A DNA stretch of 64,000 bases from Candidatus Eiseniibacteriota bacterium (GTDB taxonomy: Bacteria > Eisenbacteria > RBG-16-71-46 > CAZAMP01), in NCBI GenBank assembly GCA_965224245.1, contig OZ245046.1, positions 2,272,001 through 2,336,000 of the forward strand, in the 5' to 3' direction. Below are positions 37,566 to 46,830 of this stretch, piece by piece. A program made the position numbers and the translations under genes. Below the pieces are notes generated by a model, which had not been told where the DNA came from, made no database searches, and saw nothing but the letters and a program-made list of their open reading frames with translations. The first letter of the stretch is position 1. The number at the start of each line of letters is the position of its first letter.

Positions 37566-38179
37566 CGATCCGCCCCGCCGTCGCGGTCGGGCGCCGTGTC
37601 CTCGTCGCTCATGACCCGGTACAGAAAGGCCCGCGCGATGCGCCAGTCGCGCTTCACGGTGCGCTCGCTGGAGCCCAGGATCTCGGCCACCTCGGCCACT
37701 TCGAACCCCGCGAAGAACCGGAGCTCGACCACCTGCCGGAGGCGCGGGTTGCGCTCGTCGAGGAGGTCCAGCGCACGATCCAGCGCCAGCACGTCGAGCT
37801 CGTCCTGCTCGGGATCGGCGCCGGAGTGAAGCAGGGCTTCCAGCGGCGCCAGGTCGAGCACGGCGTCGCCACCGCCACGCTTCTCGGCGGTGCGGGCCCG
37901 GTGGGCATCCACCGCGATCTGCCGCATCGCACGCGCGGCGGTGGCGAAGAAGTGAGCCCGATCGGAGGGCGCGATGCGCGAGCGATCGACGAGCTTCAGG
38001 TAGGTCTCGTGAACGAGGGCGGTGGGGCCGACGGTGGGCGTGCCCGGCCGGTGGGCGAGCTGACGACCGGCCAGGGCACGGAGGTCGTCGTAGACGCAGG
38101 CGTAGAGCTCTTCGACCGCCCCCGGGGATCCGTCGCGGATCGCGACGAGGATCCGCGTGACGTCTCGGGCATCCGACAT
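37562..38179 (-). CDS. ECF sigma factor, kinase-associated type (TIGR02999-like)
   Basis: DVTRIL, YDDLRALA, PTALVHETYLKL, HFFATAARAMRQI, AEKRGG, VELRFFAG, TVKRDWRIAR. Confidence 0.93.
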   Translation of the reverse strand: MSDARDVTRILVAIRDGSPGAVEELYACVYDDLRALAGRQLAHRPGTPTVGPTALVHETYLKLVDRSRIAPSDRAHFFATAARAMRQIAVDAHRARTAEKRGGGDAVLDLAPLEALLHSGADPEQDELDVLALDRALDLLDERNPRLRQVVELRFFAGFEVAEVAEILGSSERTVKRDWRIARAFLYRVMSDEDTAPDRDGGADR

Positions 38180-38271
38180 CGACCGCCCCCTCGGGATCGG
38201 GATGACCCGATCGTAGCACGGGGGCGGTCGATGCCCGATCGCGGCGGTCCGCCGCACCGGGGGTGCGGCGA

Positions 38272-39555
38272 TCACCGCACCAGGGTCATGGTCCGGGTGG
38301 TCACGGCGCCGTCCACGGTCAGACGGTAGAAGTACGTCCCCGGCGACATCTGCCGTCCGTCGGCCGACCGACCGTCCCACGACACCGACCACCGGCCGTC
38401 CGAGAGCGGGCGGTCGAGCAGCGTGGTCACCAGGCGCCCGGCCACGTCCATAACCTCGAGACGGGCGTGTCCGGCGTGATCGAGCTCGAAGCCGATGGCC
38501 GTGCGCGGCGTGAACGGGTTGGGCCGGTTCTGGGCCAGCCGGGGCGGAACGACCATCGAGGCGCCGTCCCCGACGGCGAGGATCCCGATGTCCTCGATCT
38601 CGTCATCGCCGCCGAGGCCGGGCAGCTCCGGCAGCGCGCCGGGAGCCGGACGGAGAAGGATCATGATCTCGTCACCCGGCACGAGCGGCACGCTCTCGAA
38701 CAGGCCGAGCCAGCCACCGCCGCAGCCGCAGTCCCACCACAGGTACGAGTCGCAGAATGCCGGGATCCCGTTGATGGCCCCGCACTGGTTTCCGCAGCCC
38801 ACCGTGAAGCAGCCCTGGTCGTAGATCTGGTCGGCCTGTGCGGGGATTCCGATCGACGACACGGCGACTCCGTTGACCCGCAGCTCGAGCTCGCCGTCGA
38901 GGTTCAGTCGACCCGACGGACCGTGGAACGAGAACGTGCCGTGCGCCTCGACGTCGTAGCCGCCGCCGGCCACCTCGGTCAGCTCGAGTCCGTCGACGCT
39001 CCGATTCCAGGCGAGGGGGTCGCCTTCCCAGGGCTCGTCCACGCCGTTGTCGGTGTCGTCGTTGTCGGGCGCGGTGCCCGGAACCGGCTGGAGCACGACG
39101 CTGACCACCTCGCCGGTGGCGATCGTCATCGGCGGGAACTCGGTGGAGATCCAGAGCCCGCAGTCACAGTCGCAGCCGACGGGGCCGCACTCCTCGTAGC
39201 AGTGGAGCGCCACGCTGGCGCCGTTCAGCGTGGCACTGCCGCAGGTTCCGTTGCAGGGCGGTCCGAAGGGACAGCTCCCCCCCGATCCGCCATCGATGGT
39301 GATCGATTCGGTCCGGGTGTCCACGAGGCTCCTTCCGATGAAGAGCAGCACCTCGGTGGAGTAGTCGAGAGGGTCCGCGGTCGCCTCGACGTCGACCGTC
39401 CAGTGCGCGGCGATGATCTGCTGTCCCGTTCCCGCGGGATCCGGGACGATCGAGAGCGTGTGGGCCTGTCGGTTTCCGGGGGCCTGAGCGGCGGCCATCG
39501 AGACCACGAACGACGTGGTGAGCGCGCCCACGAGCGCGGCGACGATCCGGTTCAT
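38272..39555 (-). CDS. Secreted Cys-rich two-repeat protein with FlgD-Ig C-terminal domain
   Basis: GGAGG RBS, signal peptide, 14 Cys in two clusters, LAQNRPNPF...WDGR...GTYFYRL. Confidence 0.88.
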   Translation of the reverse strand: MNRIVAALVGALTTSFVVSMAAAQAPGNRQAHTLSIVPDPAGTGQQIIAAHWTVDVEATADPLDYSTEVLLFIGRSLVDTRTESITIDGGSGGSCPFGPPCNGTCGSATLNGASVALHCYEECGPVGCDCDCGLWISTEFPPMTIATGEVVSVVLQPVPGTAPDNDDTDNGVDEPWEGDPLAWNRSVDGLELTEVAGGGYDVEAHGTFSFHGPSGRLNLDGELELRVNGVAVSSIGIPAQADQIYDQGCFTVGCGNQCGAINGIPAFCDSYLWWDCGCGGGWLGLFESVPLVPGDEIMILLRPAPGALPELPGLGGDDEIEDIGILAVGDGASMVVPPRLAQNRPNPFTPRTAIGFELDHAGHARLEVMDVAGRLVTTLLDRPLSDGRWSVSWDGRSADGRQMSPGTYFYRLTVDGAVTTRTMTLVR

Positions 39556-39820
39556 TGTGTCCTCCGTATCCTGGGCCTCGCGGGCGCGGGCGGCGCCGCG
39601 AGCGTCACCCACAGATACGGAAGCATCCGACGCCAGGGGCCAGGGTAGGCGAGTTTTTCTTCGATCATCCCGCCGCGCGACGCACGGGACGGGCTGCCGG
39701 CCCCGGCGCACGTCCACAACCTGCCGCACCGGCGCGGGAGTGCTGAGGGAATGGCGAGCCACGAGCATCGGATGCGTCACGGTGCCGGTGGATCCCGGTC
39801 CGAACGACGATTCGATACGT

Positions 39821-41164
39821 TCACTCGTCGGCCGCCGCGGTCACGACCCCGTCCCCCTCCGCCTCGCCCGGCACGAGGACCCAGCCGTCCGCGAGGGACA
39901 GCGACCAGCCGTCCCCGTGGATCTCGGGATCGGTCGACGTCGGGGCGGGTACGACCACCGCGGTCACGCCCAGGGACGATCGTTCGAGCAGCACCCCACC
40001 CGACGACACCGTCAGCGTGCCCCAGCCGCCGCGGACCTCCGCCGTCGTGAGCACCTGACCGACGCCGTCGAAGATGCTGACTCCGTTGGGGTCGAAGCCG
40101 TACCCGAACGCCTCGTCCACGGGCAGCGTGAGCGTCGGCCCGTCGACGTACCGCGCGACGTACGCCGCCTGCGTGCGCGCATGCTGCTCGGCTCTCTCGC
40201 GCTCGTCTTCCCGGAGCGGCACGCCGTCGTACGATGCGAGCCGGTCGTCCAGGTCCTCGGTCGGCGTCGGGTCGAGCGCGAGCGCACCGGCCAGCACCGC
40301 CGGAAGGTCGGTCGAGGCGTCCACGCGCTCGTGCCACCCGGGTGCGGCGTCATCCAGCAGGAGCCCGTACGCGGGACCGGTCGCGTAGGCGAAGCTCCGC
40401 GTCATCGGCTCGGATCCGGCGCGCGCGTCGTAGCCCTCGATCGACTTCACCGCCCAGCCCGCGCGTGCCCGCTCGGGAATGGCCACGCGGATCCCCGTGT
40501 ACTCGGCCAGCCCCTCGTTGAGCTCGAGCGCGCGCTCCTCGGCCGCCGCGCCGGGGTGCGCGTCGTGACGCCGGGCACGGAACGCCAGCGCGTCGGCGAT
40601 CGCGGCGAGTCGCTCCTCGCCAACGGTGGCCAGCGCGCGCGCCAGCGCGCGGAGCTCGAGCCGGATCCAGAGGCGTCCCGTCTCGGAATCGAGGTGCGCG
40701 TTCATCGGGCTCGCCATCGGCAGCCCGATCTCGGGGCCCAGCCGGTGGAAGAGCTCGTGCGCGAGGAGGCGACGACGCTCGTGGTGTCCCACCGGCAGCG
40801 GCCAGCGGAGCATCGTCCAGCGCGTGCCGGACCAGTCGATGGCCGTGTTCGCGATCGCTTCTCCGTGGGGCAGCGTGCCGACCCACACGCCGTCGCTCGG
40901 CGTGAGGTGTCCCTCCTCGTCGGGTTCGTTCGCGACCACACGCCGGGTCACGGCCTCCACCACGAGCAGCGGTCCGGCCAGGCGGCCCGGCCACGGGCTC
41001 GAAGGCCCCAGCTCGCGCGCCTCGTCGAAGATCGTCCGCGCCCGCTCCAGGGGGATCGGATCGGCACGAGCCGCATCGGGGCCGGCGATCCCGATCGCGA
41101 GCAGGATCCCGACGAGTGACTCCGAAAGCATTCGGACTTTGACGGACGAGGTTCGCGAGGTCAT
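39821..41164 (-). CDS. Secreted putative zinc metallopeptidase (gluzincin-like); alternative start at 41131
   Basis: Signal peptide ending AARA; HELFH and a downstream NEGLAEY. Confidence 0.75.
   Translation of the reverse strand: MTSRTSSVKVRMLSESLVGILLAIGIAGPDAARADPIPLERARTIFDEARELGPSSPWPGRLAGPLLVVEAVTRRVVANEPDEEGHLTPSDGVWVGTLPHGEAIANTAIDWSGTRWTMLRWPLPVGHHERRRLLAHELFHRLGPEIGLPMASPMNAHLDSETGRLWIRLELRALARALATVGEERLAAIADALAFRARRHDAHPGAAAEERALELNEGLAEYTGIRVAIPERARAGWAVKSIEGYDARAGSEPMTRSFAYATGPAYGLLLDDAAPGWHERVDASTDLPAVLAGALALDPTPTEDLDDRLASYDGVPLREDERERAEQHARTQAAYVARYVDGPTLTLPVDEAFGYGFDPNGVSIFDGVGQVLTTAEVRGGWGTLTVSSGGVLLERSSLGVTAVVVPAPTSTDPEIHGDGWSLSLADGWVLVPGEAEGDGVVTAAADE
41121..41140. promoter_or_regulatory. 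Second putative BlaI-type operator (TCCGAA-N4-TTCGGA)
   Basis: TCCGAAAGCATTCGGACTTT; the right half is identical to the palindrome at 42875-42898. Confidence 0.55.
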
Positions 41165-41177
41165 GGACATCTCCAGT

Positions 41178-42455
41178 TCACCGCTGGGTGTCAGCGGTGG
41201 GAACGGGTGGACGGGCCGGCCACCGGATCTCCCCACCGGGGAGCAGCATGAGCCGGACAGTACGCTCGGGATCCGGGGCGACGAGGGTGACGCGAGCGCC
41301 TCGCTGGCGGATCTGATCGCGAGAGAGCGGCGCGCCCGCGATCGTCGCCCCGACCGCGCGTCCTCGATCGACCGACAGCACGAAGCTCCCGGCGGGATCG
41401 GTCGCGTCGACCGTGAACGAGGCGCCGTCCGCGGCCAGAATGTGCGACTGCCAGACGCTGGACGCCGTGACGGCACGCGCCGTCGGCTCGATCGACCGAC
41501 TCGTCGCGACCGTGTGGACGAGGATGATCGCCAGCGCCAGCGTCAGGCCCCGGAGGGTTCCATGCGTGGCCGCCCGCGTGGTCGCCGGGCGCTGGAGTCG
41601 CCGGACCCGCGCCACGACGTCGCCGCCGCCGGCTCCGGGACTGGCGATGGACGGCCTCCCCACCTCCAGAGCGACCTTCGTGAGCGCCCGGGCGTACCGC
41701 CGACGCGTGCGGGCCGTGGTGGCGAGATCGTCGCAGCAGCGTTCGCGAGCCTCGTCGATCACGCGCGACATCCACCGGGCCGCGGGATGAAACGCGAGGA
41801 GCGCGAGCGCGATCTCCTGAGCCACGCTCGCGATCAGGTCGCGTCGCCTCACGTGGGCCAGCTCGTGCGCGAGGATCGCGTCGAGCTCGTCGTCAGAGAG
41901 CGTCGCGAGAAGTCGGGACGGGATCAGGACCGTCGGCCCGAAGACGTCGACGACGCTCGGTGATCGTGCGTGATCGGAGAGGCGCACCCGAGGCGGGTCC
42001 GAAAGGCCGAGACGCCATCCCTGCCTCTCGACGCGTGCGACGAGATCGACCGGGGCCGGTGAGCCGAGACGTGCCAGGCGCCTCGCCGTCACGATCGCGC
42101 GGGCCAGCCTCCCCATCCCGGCGAGAGACACCATGCACCAGAGCCCGCCGATCCACGGCAGGACCGGGGTCAGGAGCGCCGGTGCGTCCCCCCCTCGCAT
42201 GACGTTGTCCGCGGTGGGCTGGGCGGCCGGCGCGAGGAGCATCGAGACGACCGTCCCCGCAGCGAGCAGCGGCAGCGCCAGAAGCAGCGTCAGCCCGACG
42301 GAGTGGCGGAGCTCGGGCGAACTCCGGGGCCGCGCTCCGATCACCACCGAGAACAGCCCGGCCGCGAGCACCGCCTGCCACGCTGCGTGGAGCGCGGTCA
42401 CGCCGGCGAGAAGGAGTGCCCACTGCAACGTGAAGCCCGTCATCGTCGGGCTCAC
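41178..42455 (-). CDS. M56 family (BlaR1/MecR1-like) membrane metallopeptidase
   Basis: TM helices, AILAHELAHVRRRD, FHP, RERCCDD; GTGA overlap with the BlaI gene; no penicillin-binding domain. Confidence 0.92.
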   Translation of the reverse strand: MSPTMTGFTLQWALLLAGVTALHAAWQAVLAAGLFSVVIGARPRSSPELRHSVGLTLLLALPLLAAGTVVSMLLAPAAQPTADNVMRGGDAPALLTPVLPWIGGLWCMVSLAGMGRLARAIVTARRLARLGSPAPVDLVARVERQGWRLGLSDPPRVRLSDHARSPSVVDVFGPTVLIPSRLLATLSDDELDAILAHELAHVRRRDLIASVAQEIALALLAFHPAARWMSRVIDEARERCCDDLATTARTRRRYARALTKVALEVGRPSIASPGAGGGDVVARVRRLQRPATTRAATHGTLRGLTLALAIILVHTVATSRSIEPTARAVTASSVWQSHILAADGASFTVDATDPAGSFVLSVDRGRAVGATIAGAPLSRDQIRQRGARVTLVAPDPERTVRLMLLPGGEIRWPARPPVPTADTQR

Positions 42456-42826
42456 TCCTCGAGCTCGGCGATGAGAGCCCGGAGCTCCTCGATCTCGGCC
42501 TCGCTGAGCGGCTGGCTCCCCAGCGCCTGGAGGGCCAGCGCGCTCGCCGACCCCCCGAAGACACGATCGGTGAGGTCATCCACGAAGCTCCGCTGCGTCT
42601 CGGTCTCGTCGACGCAGGCGGTGTACACGTGCGCTCGCGCGCTCTCGTCCCGCGCCACGAGGCCCTTCTGAACCATGATGTTCAGGAGCTTGCCGACGGT
42701 GTTGTAGCCGAACTCGTCGCGGCTCGGGAGCGCGCGATGAACGTCCCGCACCGTGGCCGCGCCCATCCCCCAGAGGACCCGGAGGATCTCGAGCTCACGC
42801 CCCGAGGGCAGTCTGTCCGTGCCCAT
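42452..42826 (-). CDS. BlaI/MecI/CopY family repressor
   Basis: PSGRELEILRVLW, ATVRDVH, YNTVGKLL, KGLVARD, RAHVY, VFGGS. Confidence 0.94.
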   Translation of the reverse strand: MGTDRLPSGRELEILRVLWGMGAATVRDVHRALPSRDEFGYNTVGKLLNIMVQKGLVARDESARAHVYTACVDETETQRSFVDDLTDRVFGGSASALALQALGSQPLSEAEIEELRALIAELEE

Positions 42827-42874
42827 GGCGAACGCTCCCGATGGAGATTGGGAATCCGAAGACGTCGGAAGACG

Positions 42875-42922
42875 AAAGTCCGAAACCGTTCGGACTTTAC
42901 CGACAGATCCGGCGATCGTCAA
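42875..42922 (-). promoter_or_regulatory. Sigma70 promoter (TTGACG-N17-TAAAGT) overlapped by a 24-bp palindromic operator
   Basis: AAAGTCCGAA-ACCG-TTCGGACTTT at 42875-42898 overlaps the -10 (42894-42899); -35 at 42917-42922. Confidence 0.75.
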
Positions 42923-42931
42923 GAGAGGCGA

Positions 42932-44491
42932 CTAGAGCACCCGCCGCACGGCGTCGATGATGGTCCCGTCCACCCACTTGATCGCGGCCACGAACTCCTC
43001 GCCGAGGCTCGGCCGGGCCGGCTTGCCGCCGCAGAGGCGCTCGACCTCGGCCTGGAGCTCTCGGATGTCGACCAGCGGCAGCCTGGAGCCGCTCGCCCGG
43101 AGCGCGTCGAGAAGGTCCGTCCGGCGGGGATTGATCGCGATGCCCCGCTCGGTGGCCACGACGTCGATCAGCTCGCCGGGCCCACAGAGCGTCGTGACCT
43201 CGTCCACGATCACGGGGATCCGATCGCGGAACGACGGCAGCGCCAGGATCGTGCACCGCGAGAAGAGACAGTTCTGCCATCCGCCGATGCCGTGGAGGAG
43301 CCGCCCGTCGGAGTGCGTGACCACGTTCGCGTTGAAGTCCACGTCGACCTCGGTCGCGCCCAGGACGACCACGTCCACCATCGACGCGAAGTTGCCCTTG
43401 CCGTGGTAGTTGTAGCTCGTGAAGGGGCTCGTGTTCACGTGGCCGGGATTCTCGCGCATGGAGCGGACGCCCTCGAGGTCGAACGTCTGCCCGTCGAGGA
43501 TGTAGTCGGTCAGCCCCTCCTCCAGCATCGCGACCGCGTAGCGTGTGCTGCCCGCGCGCACGAAGCGCGCCTTCACGCCGGCCTCACGCATCATGCCCCC
43601 GAGCATGTCCACGAACGCCAGGCTGATGCCGCCGGCCCCGGCCTGGAACGAGAACCCGTCGCGCATGATGCCGCTGTCGCGCACGAACGCCGCCACGTGC
43701 TCGGCGATCAGGAGGCGATCGGGGCTCTTGGTGATCTCGGTGGTGCCCGACACGATCTTTTCGGGGATGCCCACGCGATCCACCACGACGACCTGATCCA
43801 CGTTGTTGCCCTGGATCTGCCAGGGGATGCACGGGAACGGCACCAGGTTGTCGGTGACCACGATCACGTGGTCCGCGTACAGCGAGTCGGCCAGCGCGAA
43901 GCCGAGGAGCCCGCACGCGCTCGGGCCGCGATCGCCGGTGGCGTTGCCGAAGGGATCGGCGGTGGGCGCGGCGATCACGGCGACGTCGATGTGCACCTCG
44001 CCGTCCTGGATGGCCTGCCAGCGCCCGCCGTGACTCCGGAGGACGCCCATCCCTCGCATCTTCCCCATCGAGCAGTAATCGCCCAGGGGACCGTTCATCG
44101 ATCCCTCGATGTGGTGGATCGTGCCGTCCTCGAGGTACGGGATCAGGTGCGCGTGACACGGGAACGACGCCGACGGAAACCACCGGAGATCGCGCACGCC
44201 GAGCTCGTGACAGGCGTCGAACACCATGTTGGCCACGAGGTCGCCGTCGCGGAAGTGATGATGCGTGCCGATCGTCATGCCGTCGCGCACGCCGGCCCGG
44301 CGAAGCGCCTCGACGAGCGACCCCACGCGCTTGTCGCCGTCGGCGGGATAGTCGCGGCACGATCGCACCGGGGGCGCCGCCTTGGGCGTGGCCGGCGCCA
44401 ACGCGCCCGCGCCCCGGAAGGGCTCGGCGCTGTGCCCGTTCACGGCCGCCGGCACCCGGCGACCGGCCGCGTTCTGGATCACGTCGGTCAC
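42932..44491 (-). CDS. citF: Citrate lyase alpha subunit (citrate:ACP/CoA transferase)
   Basis: GVRDGMTIGTHHHFRDGD, LRSHGGR, FSFQAGAGG, LGATEVDVDFNANV, TERGIAINPRR; GTGA overlap with the upstream gene. Confidence 0.92.
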   Translation of the reverse strand: MTDVIQNAAGRRVPAAVNGHSAEPFRGAGALAPATPKAAPPVRSCRDYPADGDKRVGSLVEALRRAGVRDGMTIGTHHHFRDGDLVANMVFDACHELGVRDLRWFPSASFPCHAHLIPYLEDGTIHHIEGSMNGPLGDYCSMGKMRGMGVLRSHGGRWQAIQDGEVHIDVAVIAAPTADPFGNATGDRGPSACGLLGFALADSLYADHVIVVTDNLVPFPCIPWQIQGNNVDQVVVVDRVGIPEKIVSGTTEITKSPDRLLIAEHVAAFVRDSGIMRDGFSFQAGAGGISLAFVDMLGGMMREAGVKARFVRAGSTRYAVAMLEEGLTDYILDGQTFDLEGVRSMRENPGHVNTSPFTSYNYHGKGNFASMVDVVVLGATEVDVDFNANVVTHSDGRLLHGIGGWQNCLFSRCTILALPSFRDRIPVIVDEVTTLCGPGELIDVVATERGIAINPRRTDLLDALRASGSRLPLVDIRELQAEVERLCGGKPARPSLGEEFVAAIKWVDGTIIDAVRRVL

Positions 44492-45699
44492 GAGTCCGCC
44501 TCCTCCCGCCAGTCCGGGGAGAGCCGCCCGGCGTGGATGGCCAGCTCGACGGTGCGCACCGCGCGCTTCACCACCGGTGGATCGATCATCTTGGTGCCCA
44601 GCGAGACCACGCCTAGCCCCTTCGCGGTGGCGTCCTCGAACACGCGCACGATCTTCTTCGCGCGCTCGAGCTCGGCCTCCCCGGGGGCGAACGCGTCGTG
44701 GATCACGCGGATCTGGCGCGGGTGGATGCAGCCCATGCCGTCGAAGCCGAGCGCCTTGGAGCGCGCCGCGCTCGCCCGAAGCCCCTCCTCGTTGCCCACG
44801 TCCGAGTACACGGAGTCGATCGGCTGGACGCCGGCGGCCCGCGCGGCGTTCACGACCTGCGCGCGTGCCCAGGCGCTCTCCTCGCCGCCCGCCGTGCGCT
44901 CGGCGCCGATGTCGGCGGTGTAGTCCTCGAGACCGATGGCCAGCGCCACCACGTGCTCGGATGCCGACGCGATCGCGAACGCCTCGATCGCGCCCCGCGC
45001 GCTCTCGACGATCGGCATCAGGAACGTGGGCGACGCCACCGACGCGGCCTCGCGCACGGCGTCGACCTTCGCCGCCACGCGGCGGACGTCGTCGGCGCTC
45101 TCGCACTTGGGGATCAGGACGAGGTGCGTGTTCATGGGGACGATGGCCTCGAGATCGGTCAGGCCCCGCTCGCCCTGATTGATGCGCACCATGCGTTCGG
45201 CCCCGCGGAAGTCGAGCGTGCCGAGCGCGTGGCGGACGAGCATGCGCGCGGCGTCCTTCTCGGACGGGGCCACGCTATCCTCGAGATCCAGGATCAGCCC
45301 GTCGGCGCTGTGAAGGGCTGCGTTCAGCATGAACTTGGGCTCGTTGCCGGGCAGGTACAGCCGCGATCGCCGGAACCGGCCGCGCGAGGACGTCTCGTGC
45401 GACGACGTGGCCCGCTCGAGCGGGAGCGCTGGCGCGTCCGGTCGCGCGCGTCGCACCGCCGCCTCCAACCGTGCCGCGATCACGAACGGCAGCGCGCCGG
45501 TGTCCTCGATCGTCACGAGGGCATCGGTGACCCCGAGCGCGGCGAGAATCGATCGCGTCTCGGTGGTGATCGAGTCCCCGTAAAGTGATCCGACCTTCGA
45601 GGTCAGCGTGATCTCGATCCCGCCGGACTCCCGCAGCTCGACCCGAACCCACGCGTCCGATCGCACGTCGGGTCCTCGACGGCCCGCTTCCCCATGCAT
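44488..45699 (-). CDS. citE: Fused citrate lyase acyl carrier protein (CitD-like) and citryl-ACP/CoA lyase (CitE)
   Basis: First ~85 aa are CitD-like (RSD, SKVGSLYG, DTGAL..IAARLEAAV); the rest has RRSRLYLPGN, LDLEDSV, VRIN, IPK, GLEDY, CIHPRQ. Confidence 0.88.
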   Translation of the reverse strand: MHGEAGRRGPDVRSDAWVRVELRESGGIEITLTSKVGSLYGDSITTETRSILAALGVTDALVTIEDTGALPFVIAARLEAAVRRARPDAPALPLERATSSHETSSRGRFRRSRLYLPGNEPKFMLNAALHSADGLILDLEDSVAPSEKDAARMLVRHALGTLDFRGAERMVRINQGERGLTDLEAIVPMNTHLVLIPKCESADDVRRVAAKVDAVREAASVASPTFLMPIVESARGAIEAFAIASASEHVVALAIGLEDYTADIGAERTAGGEESAWARAQVVNAARAAGVQPIDSVYSDVGNEEGLRASAARSKALGFDGMGCIHPRQIRVIHDAFAPGEAELERAKKIVRVFEDATAKGLGVVSLGTKMIDPPVVKRAVRTVELAIHAGRLSPDWREEADS

Positions 45700-45828
45700 G
45701 TCCGCCTCCAGGGTCGATCAGGGCGAAATGAACCCGGAGACTGTACGCGCGGCGACTCGACGGGGGCAACCGCGTTACGTCAGGGTTCGACTCGGCGGCC
45801 GGTCGTCGGGTCGGGCTCGGACCGTCGG

Positions 45829-46722
45829 CTACGACCCGGCGGCGTCGTCCATCTCGCCCCCCGAGGAGTGGGAGGCGACCGCGGCCAGCACGCTGCCCAC
45901 GCGGTGGGCGTACGTGTGGCGGGCCATCACGCGCTCGCGACCGCGCTCGGCGATCTTGGTCCGGCGGTCGGGGTCGTCGAGGTGCTTGCGCACGGCGGCC
46001 AGGAGGCTCTTCTCGTCGGTGTAGAAGGCCACCTCGTGCCCGTCGCGGAAGAGCTCGTCGATGCCGGTGCCCACGGTGCGGTTGGTCACCAGGAGGTTCC
46101 CGGTGGCCAGCACCTCGAACGTGCGCTCGTTGATGTCGGTGTCGGGGCTCTCGTTGAACACGACGCGCCCCTGGCAGAACGTGCGCGCCGCGTCCTCGCC
46201 CTCGAGCCCCTCCACGATCAGACAGTGGAAGTTCGTCTGGAGCGTGTGGAGCATCGCGTCGCGTCGCTTCTGATCGCCGGGGAATCCATCGTCCACGAAC
46301 ACCACGTCGTAGTCGGGCTCGCCGTCGTAGGGCCGGAAGATCCGATGGTCCGCGCCATAGGGCAGCCAGTAGGTGTGCGGGTAGACGCCGCGGAGCGGGT
46401 TCACGAAGCGCTTCTGGGGGCAGAACACCAGATCGAACTGCGTGGCCAGGCGGAGATGTGCTCCCAGCCGCGCGGCGGCGTCCAGGACGTGGTAGGCGCA
46501 CGTGATCCCGCGGTCGCGAGCCGGTCCCAGATCGGGCGTCTCGCCGGATCCGAACACGAAGACCAGCTCGGTGTCCGGGAACTGCCGGAGCGCCTGGTCG
46601 AGCGTTCGGATCTGATGCCGCGATCCGACGGCCACGGGGGCGTGCCCGAGGTACGCCGCGTACTGGAAGTACGACGCCCAGGGCGATCCCGCCTCCGGCT
46701 CGCAGTGAAACACGATGCGCAA
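45829..46722 (-). CDS. Glycosyltransferase (CgeB/Glyco_trans_1_2-like)
   Basis: TTG start after GGAGG; WLPYGAD, VFN..DINERTFE, GRERVMARHTYAHR. Confidence 0.8.
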   Translation of the reverse strand: MRIVFHCEPEAGSPWASYFQYAAYLGHAPVAVGSRHQIRTLDQALRQFPDTELVFVFGSGETPDLGPARDRGITCAYHVLDAAARLGAHLRLATQFDLVFCPQKRFVNPLRGVYPHTYWLPYGADHRIFRPYDGEPDYDVVFVDDGFPGDQKRRDAMLHTLQTNFHCLIVEGLEGEDAARTFCQGRVVFNESPDTDINERTFEVLATGNLLVTNRTVGTGIDELFRDGHEVAFYTDEKSLLAAVRKHLDDPDRRTKIAERGRERVMARHTYAHRVGSVLAAVASHSSGGEMDDAAGS

Positions 46723-46830
46723 GTGTGTCCTCCAACCGGCTTCTCGAAGCCGTCGGTTTCCGGTATGTTGTTCGTCGCCCGACCGGCGTAACTGTAGCGA
46801 GAACGGAACTTTCTTCGGCGAGGTCCCCCC

